A program made the position numbers and the translations under genes. Positions 51,001 to 63,573 of a stretch of DNA of 64,000 nucleotides are shown here, one piece after another. The stretch spans positions 141,732,001 to 141,796,000 of the forward strand of contig OZ038378.1 of the NCBI GenBank assembly GCA_964036045.1. The letters are read 5' to 3'. The notes beneath the pieces are model-generated. The model saw nothing but the letters and a program-made list of their open reading frames with translations, searched no databases and was not told the DNA's origin. The stretch's first letter is position 1. Every line of letters begins with the position of its first letter. This DNA comes from Eutreptiella sp. 'Long Island Sound 2002' (Eukaryota; Protista; Euglenida).

Positions 51001-54000
51001 CAGGAATCCTGACGCTTGCCATTATTTCCTGGTGGGCTGTGGATGGTTCCTCTCATTTTCAATGCATTCCAGTCACACAACCACTGCATGTTTCAAACAA
51101 ACACATCTTTGTCCCTTCCGCCTGGTACACCGCTGCAGATGTCCGAATTCATAGTACTCACCTACATCTTAAATCGCAGTGAAGTTGTTGGCCACAAACC
51201 ACGAAAATTCGATCGCCTATTGACAATGCACCTCGAAGAGAGAGGGAGCGCAATCCGTCAATCAATCAGTCAGTCACGAAGTCATTCAGAAAACCCCCAC
51301 CCCAGTCGAAAAACCCAAAGAGGGTGAAAAACACATAAAGAGGGTCTAAAACGTGCTTTACATAGGGTATTTGATCATTTTGAATGGTTGTAATATCAGA
51401 AAAATGGGTTCTGGAAATTTCCAACTTTGAGATGCCGAGGGTGGAAAACTGCATAAGCAGGTTGTGCCCTGACCCCTAGCTCCCCTCCAAACACGCAAAT
51501 AGGGTGAAAAACACATAAAGAGGGTCTAAACCATGCTTTACATAGGATATTTGATCATTGTGGATGGTCAGAATATCAAAAAAAAAATCGCAAAATATCC
51601 GTTTTTGGGCTGTGGAGGGTAGAAAACTGCTGGTGCAGTTTGTGCAAACATCAAGTGCCACGAGAACGGCCTACAAACAGCGATTTTCGGCTTTTCGGGG
51701 GGCCATGCCTCGCGGCCACTACGTAGCTCCCCATGGGCGCTCAAGTACACGTGTTGTCACCAAATGATCACCCAAACCCATCCCAAGGGCGACAAAAGGG
51801 TTTCGTAAAAATCAAAATTTGAAAATTTTTCAAGGGTCACTAAACAGCCCACACAACAGAAATTTTGGGGCTTTTGGGCGGCCCATGGCTCGGGCTACAT
51901 GGGCCCAGCGGCCACTACATGGGCCCAGCGGCCACTACGTGGGTCCCCATGGGTGCTAGAGAACCCGTATTGTCACCAAATGATCACCCAAACCCATTGC
52001 AGGAGCGACAAAAGGGTTTCAGAAAAAGTCGAATTTTGAAAAAGGAAATTGAGGTGCCATTAAACCGCCCATCCAGCGCAAAAACGCAAAAGCGCAAAGT
52101 CCTCACCGGCAAGGGCCCATAGGGGGGGACCAGGGGTACCTGGAGTTTGGACCTGGGACCCCTGCCATGGGGAAGGGGGTCTATATGGAACAGAAAATTT
52201 ATTCGGGACCCGGGTCCGATTTCACACAAGGCGGCCGCAATACGCAAAGAAGTTCTGACCCCCCATCCGCCCCCAAAGGGGTACCCAGGTACAGGGGGGG
52301 GTAGGGGGGTCAAAATCAAAAAAAAAAAGCATTGGGGGTCATTTTGTGTCCCAAAATGATGATTTTACAAGGGGTCTGACATCCGATACCACAACTTGGG
52401 GGATGCTATGCGAACGACCCCAAAAAGGCCGGACACGCCCGCACCTACGCCTAATCTAACAACCTCTGTTCGAGGTATTTTCGCCGAGTGGAAAATTTGC
52501 CACTTTTCTTAAGTTGCGGGGCAGGCACCAGCCATTGGCCGATCCCGCGGTGGCGGGGGCAGGCGGGTGTAGGCCTCCAGAGGCACACAGGCGAACACAG
52601 CGTGACACACGAAATTCAATGCCAGTCAATGTCCTCAAACTCATGTCACTGTCGGTTGACAAATTCGCACATAGAGGGGCCCCATGGTGCCTTGATGTGG
52701 TGACCGACAGCAAATGCCACCGCAGGCCGTCACCCAACCCTGCCCCCCTCCACCACACTGCACCGCACCGCAGTGCACTGCACCAGCGTCCACTGCACCC
52801 CTGCCGTGCTGCTTTGGAACCCGAAGCCACGGGTTTATCACTGGAAATCGCGAACTTGGGACGCCAAGTGGAACGTTGGGAACAGGGGGCGCCGGTGGCC
52901 AAAGATACGCGGGGAGGCGAAGCTTTCAGCAAAGCCCCGCTGCAGCGCCATGGAGACTGGGGGCTGGGGCAGGGGCCTCGACTGAGACCGAGACCTCACA
53001 GTCTCCTAATGCATCTGGAGAGTCATTGACTGCCCCGTGGCTGGTAACTGCTGTGCCTTGTTTGACCTGGATCTGCATTGCCCCTTCCCTACAAATATCC
53101 TGCCCATCGCCCCGGTGGTGACCTGGAGCCTGAGCGGCACAGGGGGGGGGGGGGCACGGAAGCCCAGTTCCCCCACCCCCCAGCCCCCCCTCCCTGGCTG
53201 CCCTGCCAGGGCCCAGACCCGGCAACCGACACAGCGCCACAGGGGGCCACCCAAGGCCCCACCAAACACATGAACACATGCGGAGGCCACCGGGGGTCGG
53301 CATATGGAACGTCATCCGCATCGGTACCACGTGACGTTGGGACGGATGCGTGGTCCTCGCGGCAGTCAGGGCTCCCGAAAGGTTTGTTTGGGGGGCTGAG
53401 GGGCCCTTAGAGCCCCTTTCCAACCCCCCCCCCCTCCCCTAAAAAGAGGGCTCCAAGGGCCGGCTCTCTTTTTTCAATGTTTTTCATGCAAAACCGCGGG
53501 CACTGTCACAGTCTGTCCCTGTCCCTGTCACTGCCACTGTGTCACTCCAAGGAGGTGGGGGGGGGGGGGGTTGGCAAAAGGCCTCGGTATCTGATTGTTT
53601 GCCTTTGGCGGCGCCTATTGGCCTCTCGGCACTGCTCATTCTGACCCTCCGTGGGTCCGAACGTGTTTTGGTTGTGTCAACGGAGCCCCCGGATGACTTG
53701 TCCTGTTTGACTACTCCGGGGGTCGGCTGTCCCGGAGACAGGCTGTTGCCCGTGCCGTTGACCAGGTGCATCCAGATGCACACTCCAGTCCATGCGGGGG
53801 TTTGCCGACGACTGGGGGGGGGGGGGGGCTCCTCCTACGGTTGTCAGCCGTTCTAATACATCCCTGCCGCCCCCCCCCCCACACCCCCATAAGCAAGTTG
53901 GAGCCAAAATTTTCAGATACTTGCATTGAGGAAATAAGTGTGTGGACCTTGGAGCCCCTTTCCGCAACCCCCTTTCTGAATTTGGGGGGGCTCAAAGCCC

Positions 54001-57000
54001 CCCCCCTTCCCCCGCCCCCAAGTAAAAGTTTCACCAGCCCAGGACACGGATAGGGCCCAGCGGGAATCTGCAGCCGAGGGGGTTGGCAGCACCGTTGATG
54101 GCAGCCACGTGCTTCTGAGTGGTCCCCGTCACAAATGACACCGTTGCTGTTATCAGAACCATCACCGGATGAGGGCCCTGGGCGTCCCCAGTCACCAGTT
54201 CTGCTGTCCCCCGGTCTCCCATGTTGGAAAAGAAGGGCGATTCAAGGCTACCGGTCCCCGGCCCATTATCCGCTCAACCATCGGGGGGGGGGGGGATGCA
54301 TTAGAAGGGAAGGGACCTCAGAGCGGCTCCAGAAGCGTTTGGTTCGGCAGGCGGTTGGAGGAGGTTGCCAAAGCGGTTGGGGGCGGTTACTGTCGGATAC
54401 AAAAGCCATTGAGGCTGGCACTTGCCGTCAGGGAGACAGTGGCTGGGTAACCCTGCAATCCCAGAGCGGTCATTGCCGCCGCCAAATGTTCCACCGGACC
54501 CCCAATACTCCCCACAAAAAAAGGAGGGACCGGCACAGATGCCCCATTCTCAAAGCCCCTCCCCCCCTCCCCACTCCTTCGCCGGTCCACCATGCCCCCC
54601 ACGGAGCAACGTTCAGGTCGCCCTGGGGCTCCGGGGACTGGGGGCAGCGGAGGTTCAGGTCCCAGCAGACACTGACGACGGATCCAGAGCGTGCCTGAGG
54701 GCAGCCACACTAACCGATTCCACGGCCGAAACGAAATGGGGCCGCCCTCTCCGGGGGCGGCGGGCAGGGGGGGGGGGGGTGCCGTGTGGCAGACCACGAC
54801 CCGCGGCGATGAGGGGGGCCAACCTTCTCAAAGGTGTCCTTGTTCATCATCGCCACTTCGGTGTGATGGTACGCGTCCAACTGCCTGCACCACAAAGACG
54901 AGGGGGGCGTGGCTGTGCCACGGGCGTACGCTCAGGCGGCACGTCCGGACCACTCGGTAGCGTCCGTGGCATCACCCGGTGCACCGGGTAAAGCAGTTGG
55001 CAGCGCCGGGCGCACTCCGGGCGCCGCCACGGGCCCTACCGAGTGCGCCGCGGACGCGACCGGGGGTGCCAGGGGCTTACGAGGTGCCGCCTCGGACACC
55101 CCCGAGTGGACCGGGGACTGCCTCAGTCGCCACAGAGTGGCACCCTCTGGGGGATGAAGGGGTGTTCCCAAAAACTGCATTGGTCGTCGTTGGGCACGAC
55201 GGGCGGAGCCTGCTGCGTCTTTTGTGTGACCTGCATGTTGATCGAGGTCGTTGGGATCTATCGGGAACGCGCGCGGGGGGGGGGGGGGGGGGCTTGGCAT
55301 GACGCCGTGGTGTGTTGGGGGGGAGGAGGGGAGGTTGGGGGGTTGGGGGACGAACGCTGTTTTGTCGGCCAGAGTGGAATGGCAGTCCCACTGCATTTAC
55401 CCCGGAGGCCCCAGCATAGACCCGTCAAGAGTCGGTGGCTGCATCCGGTACACTCGGCAGCGTCGAAGGCAGCGCGTGGCACGGGCAGTCCAGTGGCAGC
55501 ACCCGGTACACTCGGTCAAGTCTGTGGCAGCACCTGGCGCCCTTGGGAGGGTCTGTGGCGGCACGTTGTATGTGTCGGTACAGCGGGGGCACCGTGTGAC
55601 ACAACGCGTTTGTTAGCCACGGGGGGAAGGGGGACGGGGATGCAGAATGAGAGGGGGAGGCACCCACTGTTGGCAGGCACCCACAGCACTCGACCTACAC
55701 CCATGGGGGGGGGGGGGGGGGGCTCAGCTCAAGAGGCACCCACCCACTTACCAACTGACTAACCCAAGGGAAAGTATGAGGGGGAAAAAATTCCCCCTCA
55801 AAACCACCAACCCACTCTTGGTCCCATTAGAAGGTGGCACCCACCATTTTGAAAAAGGCAGGCACGCACCTCCCCCTTGGTGTAGGGTAGGCGAGGCACT
55901 AAACAGAGGCCTGGTCGCAGCGCCTGGTGGGCTCTCTATCACAGACGGAGCACGCTTGCGGAGACCTTGTGCAGAGCGTTTCAGAGCACGAACACACGAG
56001 GGATGGCGGAGACGTACCGCTCCTTGACTTGATTGAGGAGAGCGAAAGCCAAATTGGTGTGCATGTCCACCTGCCTCTTCTTCATCTTCATGGCGCCAGC
56101 ACTGCTCATCATATTGGATACGTTCGACATCGCAGTCTCCAGGTCGTCAGAGGTGGCCCCCAGCTGCAGTATGAACGTGAGGGATGAAAGGGGGAACGAG
56201 GGGAGGGATGGAGGGGTTGCACGCGAGGGGAGGGGCGAGGTATCATGTCAAAACGAGAAAATGAATCCCCTCCGCACAGCCCTCCCTCCATCGGGGACAG
56301 CAGGCTTCGGACTCTGCGTCCTCAGATGACGTACAAGGTCCACAACAACGACATCGTTCCAGGACACAGTCAACAGGTATCGCCATTCGTGGAGTGAAAG
56401 GCGCTCAACAAGGGGACGGTACCAGCTCAGAGGACAAGGGTGCGTCATGCGCATTCCACCGTAGAAATGCAACCCTGAAATCTTCTTTTTCCGACAACAC
56501 GTCAAAACCCCCTCCATCCGCAGTGGACACATGATTTTCCAAAATGCACCACAAATATCCTGCGACAGTCCAGGGAACTCGCGCCACGCAGCGAGACATG
56601 TTGTAGCGCATGAAACGCATTCCGCACCACAAACGCAGGCCAACAAAAGGGACCACCAAGAAATGGGATTTTTCTTTCGAAAAAGAGCTCATTCAACCCA
56701 ACGTCTGTCAGAACAGGGGCAGAGCACAGCGATACCCCAACACCTCTGAACAGGAGGTCAGATACGCACGGACCATTGCAAATGAATGAGAGTCTCCCGA
56801 GCCCGAACAAACACGACTTCGGCGCCTTTGAGGACTCCAGAACCCCCTGCCTCGAGCCCTGGCACCCACCGCCGGTGTGGCCACCGAGTGGCAGGGACGG
56901 TGGTGCACAGCCACTGCAGGCGACCCCCTCATGTGCCTTTGCACTCGCATACCGCTCGGGGGGCAACCCCCCAAAACCACACGCGACCGCCCACAGAGCA

Positions 57001-60000
57001 CCCTCCCCGAAGACACCTCCCTCGGCTGGTCCCAGACCCCAAAGCGGCGGGCTCCCGTGCCCCCGTGTGCTGCCCTCGTTCCCTTTTGTTGGGTTTCTTC
57101 CGCTGCGACAGGGACCCGCCAGGGCCCAGTACTACCGAAGGGAAGGAACCGGAAGCCCGTGCGACTCGATTCAGCCCACGCCGCCCTCACCACAAATGGG
57201 AGGGCGTGCCGCTGGGGCACCTGCGCACCCCGAAGCCCGGCCGCGCGGTGCGCCTACCTGCTCCTTGTTCGCCTTGAACTTGTCCAGCTCCTCGCTGGCC
57301 CGGTCCGCCACGACGTGGTACTGCTCCCCGGCGTTGCCCCTCCAGAAGTCGTCCTCTTTGTCCAGTTCGTAGATCTTCGAGGGGGCCGAGGGGTTGTCCG
57401 GGTCCTTGAGCTCGACCTTGTTGAGCCGCATCCCCAAAATGTCGTGCAGCATCGAGCGGTAGTTCCACGAGTGGGCGAGGCACACGGGGATGTCGTTGTT
57501 GCGGTCGCAGAGCAGAAGGACCGGCCGCGACTGCGGACGGCGTGCGCCGGGGCGAGGGCGGGGGGCGGGGCGGGGCAAGAGCTACAGGACAGGGAATAGT
57601 CCCATGGCACGGCCAGAGCCAAATGTGGCGAGTAAAGGGGAGGGGACAACTTCGCCCAGGGACAACTTCGCCCAGGGACAACTTCGCCCAGGGACAACTT
57701 CGCCTTGAAATCCCCAAAGCTCCAAGTGCCATACGCCCAAATGACTGCCATAACACAACAAGACATGCCCCAGGCAGAGACTCCAAAGTTGCAACACATC
57801 GCCACAACAACGGGGGCCAGCACCTCCAGCACCCGCCACCGGATCGGCAGCACCAGATTTGCATACGTCTGCGCAAGCAACGGGCGGCTCAGGCGCGTTC
57901 GTAAGCGCTTGCCTCTTCTTAGAAAACACAATCCCTCTGCAGCGGCGGCGGAAAATGGAACTGTTCCACCAAAATTTCGCCGGGGGGAAATTGCGCCACT
58001 TTTCTTAACGGCAAACCCCCGCCGCCTGTACACGGGGGGGGGGGGGGGCGAAGAGGATTGAGACCGCTCCATAAACCGTGTGCTCAAGCGGAGGATGAGG
58101 TCAAGGAAACCACTGGTGGTCCCGTGTCAGCGACTGCCGGGGCTACTGCTGGGGCCTGGGCTCGGGCCATGGCGAGGGCTCAGGCAAGTGTCAGAGCCCC
58201 TGCGGAACCCACTGGGCCTTTGTACGCCTCATGATCTCACAGCGGGGGCACACCGCACACGACCGCAGGCACACGGACGCACAACGCCGTGCACAACGGT
58301 CGGGGGCACAGAGGCAACGGCCGCGCGCCGGAGGGCCAGGGGCTGGGGCAAGGGCCAGCGCCGGGGGGGAATCGGCAGGTCGGCACGGCACGGTCCCGCC
58401 CCGCGGCCGCATACTTGGCTCGCCGATGGCTCCAGCTGCCGTTCCCGGAGGAAGTCCAAGAGGCGCGTCCCCACTTGCTCCGCCACCATCTGACGACACA
58501 GAGCGGCAGCACCCGAGACGGCCCTGCTCCGTCGGTCCATGACCTCAGGAATGCGCGCAGCGCGAGACGGTTCGTCGGTTGGTGCGGCAGTTGTCACGGT
58601 CCGTGGCACAATGACGGCACAAGTGGCGGGGAGGGGGGGGCGGTATGGCGCAGTCGTGTGTGCGGTGGTGCCAAGCCATGCCCCCATTTTGTGTGGGTAC
58701 GGGGGTGTTCTGACGGAAGTCCACAAGCAATCCACAGCGTCCGGTGCCAATCCCGAGGGATGCATTGGAAGGGGGGAGGTAGCCCCCTCAAGGGCTGCGC
58801 AGCCTATGCCCAGCCACTGTCTCCCTGCCGGCAAGTGCCGGCCTCAATGGCATTCGTAACCGACAGTAACCGCCCCCAACCGCTTTGGCAACCTCCTCCA
58901 ACCGCCTGCCTAACCGCCTCTGGGGCCCCTTCCCTTGGGATGCATCCCTGCCAATCCCCTCTGCCCGCTGGCCCACCGGGCCGCATTTCGCAGGGCTTCT
59001 CTCTGGGGAGGGGGAAAAGGTGTGCGGGGGGCGGGGGGGCGGGGGGCATTGCAGCCCCACTTCCGCCCCCCCCCCCCTTCAGGGCTCAGAAGCCAGGCAG
59101 CCCAAAAGGGTCTGCTTAGGGTCCCGTTCCGAGGGGGTCGGACCGGGGGCCCGGGGGGGTCCCCACGTGCACACCTCAAAGCGATCCCCACGACGCGCTG
59201 GTCCTTTTGAGGTATGTGTCGCGGGGGAGAGAATGCGTCCGCCCGCGCCCTTTGCGGCCTGATTTCCGAGGCATCTTCAAGTCGACGGACTGTTTTTTAC
59301 AAAGGCTCTGACGGTGGAGCCCCTTCCACCCAGGCCCCCCCCCCCCCCCCGCCCCCTCCCCTCCTTCTGGGGGCTCAAACAACCCCCCCCCCCCCCGCCC
59401 CCTCCCCTCCTTCTGGGGGCTCAAACAACCCCCCCCCCCCCCCCCCCCCGCCCCCTGGCAACCCTGTTTTCCGCCTCCCCTGTGCACCGTGTCCCTGACA
59501 GACGGCCGTCCGCCTGTGGGGCCCCTCCTCCCCACCCTCCACTGACCCCCTCTGTCCTGAACGACCACTTCATCGGCTTCGGACAAGGTCTCAGGGTCCT
59601 GTCGTCCGTGCCCCCCCCCCCCCCCGTCACATGCCCCTTGTCCATGGCGGTGCTGCCCGGGCGGGGCCTCGGCGGATGCAACAACACACGCTGCCGGCCC
59701 CCAGGGCCCCTGCACGATGGATGCCACACGTCGGTGCTTGGCTCCCGGCCGGATGATGGGGTGGGCATGCCCCCCGGCGGTGGGATGCAGATGTTGGACG
59801 CTGACCTGCACGCCGCAACGCACAAGGCTACAGAGCAACAACGTCAGAACAAAAAGCTCTTCCGTGGCATTGCCATGGGCGCCTTTCGCTGCGCCAACAG
59901 ATGTACCCAGACGCAGCTGAGGCGATGTCACCATCAGAGTGTGGGCTCCAACCGCCGTCAGATCTGAGACCAACCTGCACAATGCCGGACTCACCTGCCG

Positions 60001-63000
60001 GACGGCCCGTTCCCCCTTCACGGGCCCCCGCTCCCCCGTCCGCCGCCCGTGCGGCCGCGGCACACCGCACGCACCCCCTTCCCCCGCCACCCTTCCCTTC
60101 CTCAACCCCCCCGCCCTGATGCCCCCGACCGTGGACCACAGCTCCCCCATCGTTCCCCCGGGCACGCACACGTCTCGTGTGAGCTTGTGAAGAAGTGCAA
60201 AAGGCGTGCCATTGCAGCTGCGCACCGGGGGCCCTGGGCCCCACACCCCCTGCCCTCCCCCCCCCCCTCTGGACTGGGCGGCTTTGCGTGGGTCAGGCTC
60301 GGCATCGCCTGAGTTTCCTGCCGCGATCTCCTCTCGACTGCACTTTGGCAGTGGGGCATGTCGGAGGCTGCGAACGCAGGGGACCTGCGCAGCGCCGCCT
60401 TGGACGCTCACCACCAGAGGCAAGACTTGCAGTTGCAGTAAGACGCTTGAGAGGCCGGACACGATGGTACTGATGTACGCTTCCATCTGCAGGACACCAC
60501 AAGCACCGTCGAGGGACCATCACCGGGCATCAGATCCCGCGTCCGGTCAAGCTCTCCCGACAGGACCCCAAGCGCCCATGTTTCGGGTGTAAGAGTGAGT
60601 CGTGAGCACCACTGCCAGGCTCGCAGCCCACACACCCCCTGAGGACCCGTCACGATCATCATCTTCAAGCCCAGAACCCAATGAACCCTTGGGGCAGGGA
60701 TACATTAGACCGGCGGACAACCGTCAGCGGAGGTCCCCCCCTCCCCCCGGGACCAAGATTTCATGGGGGGAAAAAGTAAAGGAAAATTGGTTTGGGCCAT
60801 TGTTGGTACGCAATCTTTTGGGTTCCAGCCCCCCCCCCCCCCCCCCGTGTGACATTCCGTCGTGTTGTTGCTCCTTTACGGGGCCCTGGACAGTCACCCG
60901 GTCTTCCCTTCGCATGTTGCGTCGGGTCGCTGCGTTCTGTCGGCCGCTGCGGCCGGTGCTCCTGCCGGTGTCGTTTCCGCGTTCGCGGAGCCCAGTAGTT
61001 GGTGTGTTGGGGCTGTGCTGGATGTGGCATGGTGGATCCCCCCCCCCCTCCTCTCTTCTGATACATGCGTGCCTTAGGGGGCTTATGGGGGCTCTTCCAT
61101 CCGCCTTGTGTGTGTGGGTTCGCCTTTGGGGGCACCGGCGCAAGGCGCACCTGGCTCACCCTTGGTCCATGCGGAGTCGGGGCAGCGGCATACGCCTTCC
61201 GGCGTGCTGTGCGTGCAGCGGGCAGGAGGGGGGGCGGCAGACTGCACACCACCCATGGGTCCGGTGGCCAGTGCCTTGTGCCCAAGACCCACATCCGGTT
61301 GCAGGAAGAGAGTGCAGGTGGTACCACATCGAACCAACATCAACCCTCTGAAAGTCGTTGGAAGCCCCAACTCGGAGCCACGGGGTAAGGGAGGAGAGGA
61401 GTGACAAGTCATCAACGGCGATGCGGAGCCTGCACACCCCCAGGCACACTACCATCCGCATCCCCTCTTGAACCCCCGCAAACCCCCCACCCTCTCAAGG
61501 AATTGGGCAAACTTTTCTTCGGCGCTTTCGCCGCACGTGAAGTCGGACCAAAATGGTGCCTCCGCGCCTTCGGCACCATGAATTCACTGAAAGAACCAGA
61601 ACGGTCTCTTGGCTGTCTCACGTGACGGGGGCGTGTGGGGCTGCCGCTGAACGGTGCCTTGCCAGACGCGGTTATCAAACGCATCCTGGTCACTGGTTAG
61701 CCCAGACTTCTCAGTCCAAAACCTCGGCCTGCCCCCACCATCTCCAAGGGAGTACCTTCTCCGTCAGCCCATCCCCCTCACCAGTACTGGCAAGCGGGCG
61801 TTGGCCCACCCAAGACCAGCCTTCAGTATACCCCCCCCCAAACCCCCCTGGGCTTACAAAGAACACAGACTTGCCTGGCGCCCATTTGCGGCACCCGAGG
61901 ACAGTGGACCACGGTGAGCACTGGTGCTCTGGTGCCCCGAAGGAGCATCAAAGGGGTCATCACCGTCGTGAGTCCCGGTTGGCATGGGGTCCCAGACGGA
62001 CGAAAAAGGAGATGAAGGGGTGTTCCCAAAAACTGCATTGGTCGTCGTTGGGCACGACGGGCGGCTCCTGCTGCGTCTTTTGTGTGACCTGCATGTTGAT
62101 CGAGGTCGTTGGGATCTATCGCGAGCGCGCGGAGGGGGGGGGGGGTTGGGGGACGAACGCTGTGTTGTCGGCCAGAGTGGGATGGCAGCCCCAATGCTCC
62201 CCAATGCAGTGCATTTACCCCGGAGGGTCCAATCTGCAGCAGGCTTCAGATGCCGGTCACTCCCATGACTGTGAAGTTCGGAGAGTGCTCTCCACCACCA
62301 CGCACATGGGAAATGCACGCATTGCACTCAGGGCGAAGGGACGGGGGGGGGGGGGTGTTCGAATTACCATCCCGGCCCCCAGTGCACTGGACAATGTTGA
62401 GATACTGCATCACTGCTGCTGCTGCTGCTGGTGATCAGTTGCTCTCCCTGGGGAATGAGGGACCGAGCCCGCCAGGAAGTTCCCCCATTCCGAGGGGAAA
62501 TTCCTCTTCTTCCGACAGCCTTACTGTCCAGCCCCATCGCAGATGCGCGCACACGCGGCAGTCGAAGCCGGGACAAGGGAAGAAGCGCAGTCTGGAGACA
62601 TGACCTCGGAGAGAGGGGGGATGGGCGGGCCGAGCTCCTTCCACCTGAAGATCCCTTTCCCAGATACATTCTGCCAATTAGAAGATTCAAATGCGTACCG
62701 CACAGAGATGCTTCAGCGGCCCTTGGTGGGGATGCATGCAGAATGTTGGGGGGGGGCACCTTTGGAAGGAGGAGGTGGGTTGGGAGGGGAGGAGGAATTG
62801 AGGGGGTCGCCGTCTGGGCCCCCACAATCTATCGAAGGCGGAGGGCCGACGGAACGACTGCTGCCGACCCACTGGTGTGGTTTTCTTGGCAGCGCGATCA
62901 ACCACGACTGGCGTGATCTCATATAGTCCACCGAGCAGCCCACCTCGTGCACGCCATCCGAAACCACCGGCCATTTATTCATCGCTCAGTATCTCGTTCA

Positions 63001-63573
63001 CACGTGACCGCCAAATTAAGCCGGGCCCCACAAAAAATGCAAGCAGGAAACTTGTACATCATTGATTCACCTTCCCGCCGCTGAGACAGACACACACAAA
63101 CCCGTTTGCGTACAAACCAGTGCAAGAGAGAGCGGGAGTGGAACGGGAGTCAGGGGTGGGAGTGTGGCGAAGTGTAACGGTACTGCGACGGTGCAACGAG
63201 AGTGTTACAGGGCTGTAACGGGATACAACAGGAATAAAATGGTGCGCAGCAGAAATTGACGGCAATGAAACGGGAATGGAAGGAGCGTGAAGGTGACGGG
63301 TGCGGAACGAGTGATTTAATAATGACAAATGATTGTCAGGCTTTGGGCAGCTTTCCTTCGGCAGACCTGCTGATCGGACACCACAGACTGCGGGCTGTGC
63401 AATGTTTGATACGAATTCTGGAGCTGCAAAGTGAAGAAGTCCGGCTCAAGGGCAACGAAATTGAGGAATTGATCCATGATCTTGATGTTGGAGACGTTGG
63501 GGATGGCCACAAGCTCCTGTGCCAAGATCTCCAACAGAGGTCGAGTGATGGGGTAGCTGAAGTTGATGTAGTA
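41962..63573 (-). CDS. SLY1: Sec1/Munc18-family protein Sly1 (SCFD1), 5'-partial, 12 exons: 63367-63573, 60385-60486, 58415-58489, 57258-57530, 56018-56163, 54824-54884, 50606-50750, 49583-49666, 47723-47849, 46766-46866, 43755-43846, 41962-42072
   Basis: All 11 introns are GT-AG with phases 0,0,0,0,2,0,1,1,2,1,0; 1524 nt open to TGA. Sly1 motifs appear in order: [84 protein letters not shown]. Confidence 0.95.
43755..43846 (-). CDS. SLY1: SLY1 exon
   Basis: [30 protein letters not shown]|gtatgc. Confidence 0.95.
44280..45440. mobile_element. ~1.1-kb dispersed element in a SLY1 intron; second copy at about 51290-52510
   Basis: Colinear blocks in both copies: ~180-bp tandem units with CATGCTTTACATAGGATATTTGATCAT, TGATCACCCAAACCC, GGGGTACCCAGGT..AAAATGATGATTTTACAAGGG..GCGAACGACCCCAAAA. 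Confidence 0.8.
46766..46866 (-). CDS. SLY1: SLY1 exon
   Basis: R|[37 protein letters not shown] bounded. Confidence 0.9.
47723..47849 (-). CDS. SLY1: SLY1 exon
   Basis: [45 protein letters not shown] bounded. Confidence 0.9.
48978..49209. mobile_element. Small TIR element with GGCGGTT tandem core
   Basis: AGGGCTGTCCT .. AGGACAGCCCT ends; (GGCGGTT/GGTGGCGGTT)n at about 49077-49140. Confidence 0.55.
49583..49666 (-). CDS. SLY1: SLY1 exon
   Basis: G|[31 protein letters not shown] bounded. Confidence 0.9.
49803..49905. repeat. (CCCAAA)n/(CCCAAG)n hexamer tract
   Basis: Direct reading. Confidence 0.9.
50606..50750 (-). CDS. SLY1: SLY1 exon
   Basis: [48 protein letters not shown]. Confidence 0.95.
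51290..52510. mobile_element. Second copy of the ~1.1-kb element at 44280-45440
   Basis: Colinear with the first copy. Confidence 0.8.
54824..54884 (-). CDS. SLY1: SLY1 exon
   Basis: R|[20 protein letters not shown]|gttggc. Confidence 0.9.
55150..55412. repeat. Dispersed repeat; second copy at about 62010-62226
   Basis: GATGAAGGGGTGTTCCCAAAAACTGCATTGGTCGTCGTTGGGCACGACGGGCGG.. near-identical in both. Confidence 0.9.
56018..56163 (-). CDS. SLY1: SLY1 exon
   Basis: [48 protein letters not shown]. Confidence 0.95.
57258..57530 (-). CDS. SLY1: SLY1 exon
   Basis: [55 protein letters not shown]. Confidence 0.95.
58415..58489 (-). CDS. SLY1: SLY1 exon
   Basis: [25 protein letters not shown]|gtatgc. 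Confidence 0.9.
58756..58949. mobile_element. 194-bp MITE with 9-10 bp TSD (Mutator-like); related pieces at about 54293-54448, 53825-53857, 60706-60740
   Basis: Termini AGGGATGCAT / ATGCATCCCT; flanks GCCAATCCCG (58746-58755) and GCCAATCCCC (58950-58959). Confidence 0.8.
60385..60486 (-). CDS. SLY1: SLY1 exon
   Basis: [34 protein letters not shown]. Confidence 0.9.
63367..63573 (-). CDS. SLY1: SLY1 first exon within the window (not the first of the gene)
   Basis: cacag|[43 protein letters not shown]|gtctgc. Confidence 0.95.

Noticed and set aside
59795-59975. Extra SLY1 exon ([13 protein letters not shown]..) or RNase H-like fragment
   Set aside because: No Sly1 similarity, and flanking exons already join in phase; the RNase H resemblance is too weak to call.
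59176-60486. 436-aa ORF as a single-exon gene
   Set aside because: Only the first 34 codons are a SLY1 exon; the rest is GC-rich intron with poly-G runs.
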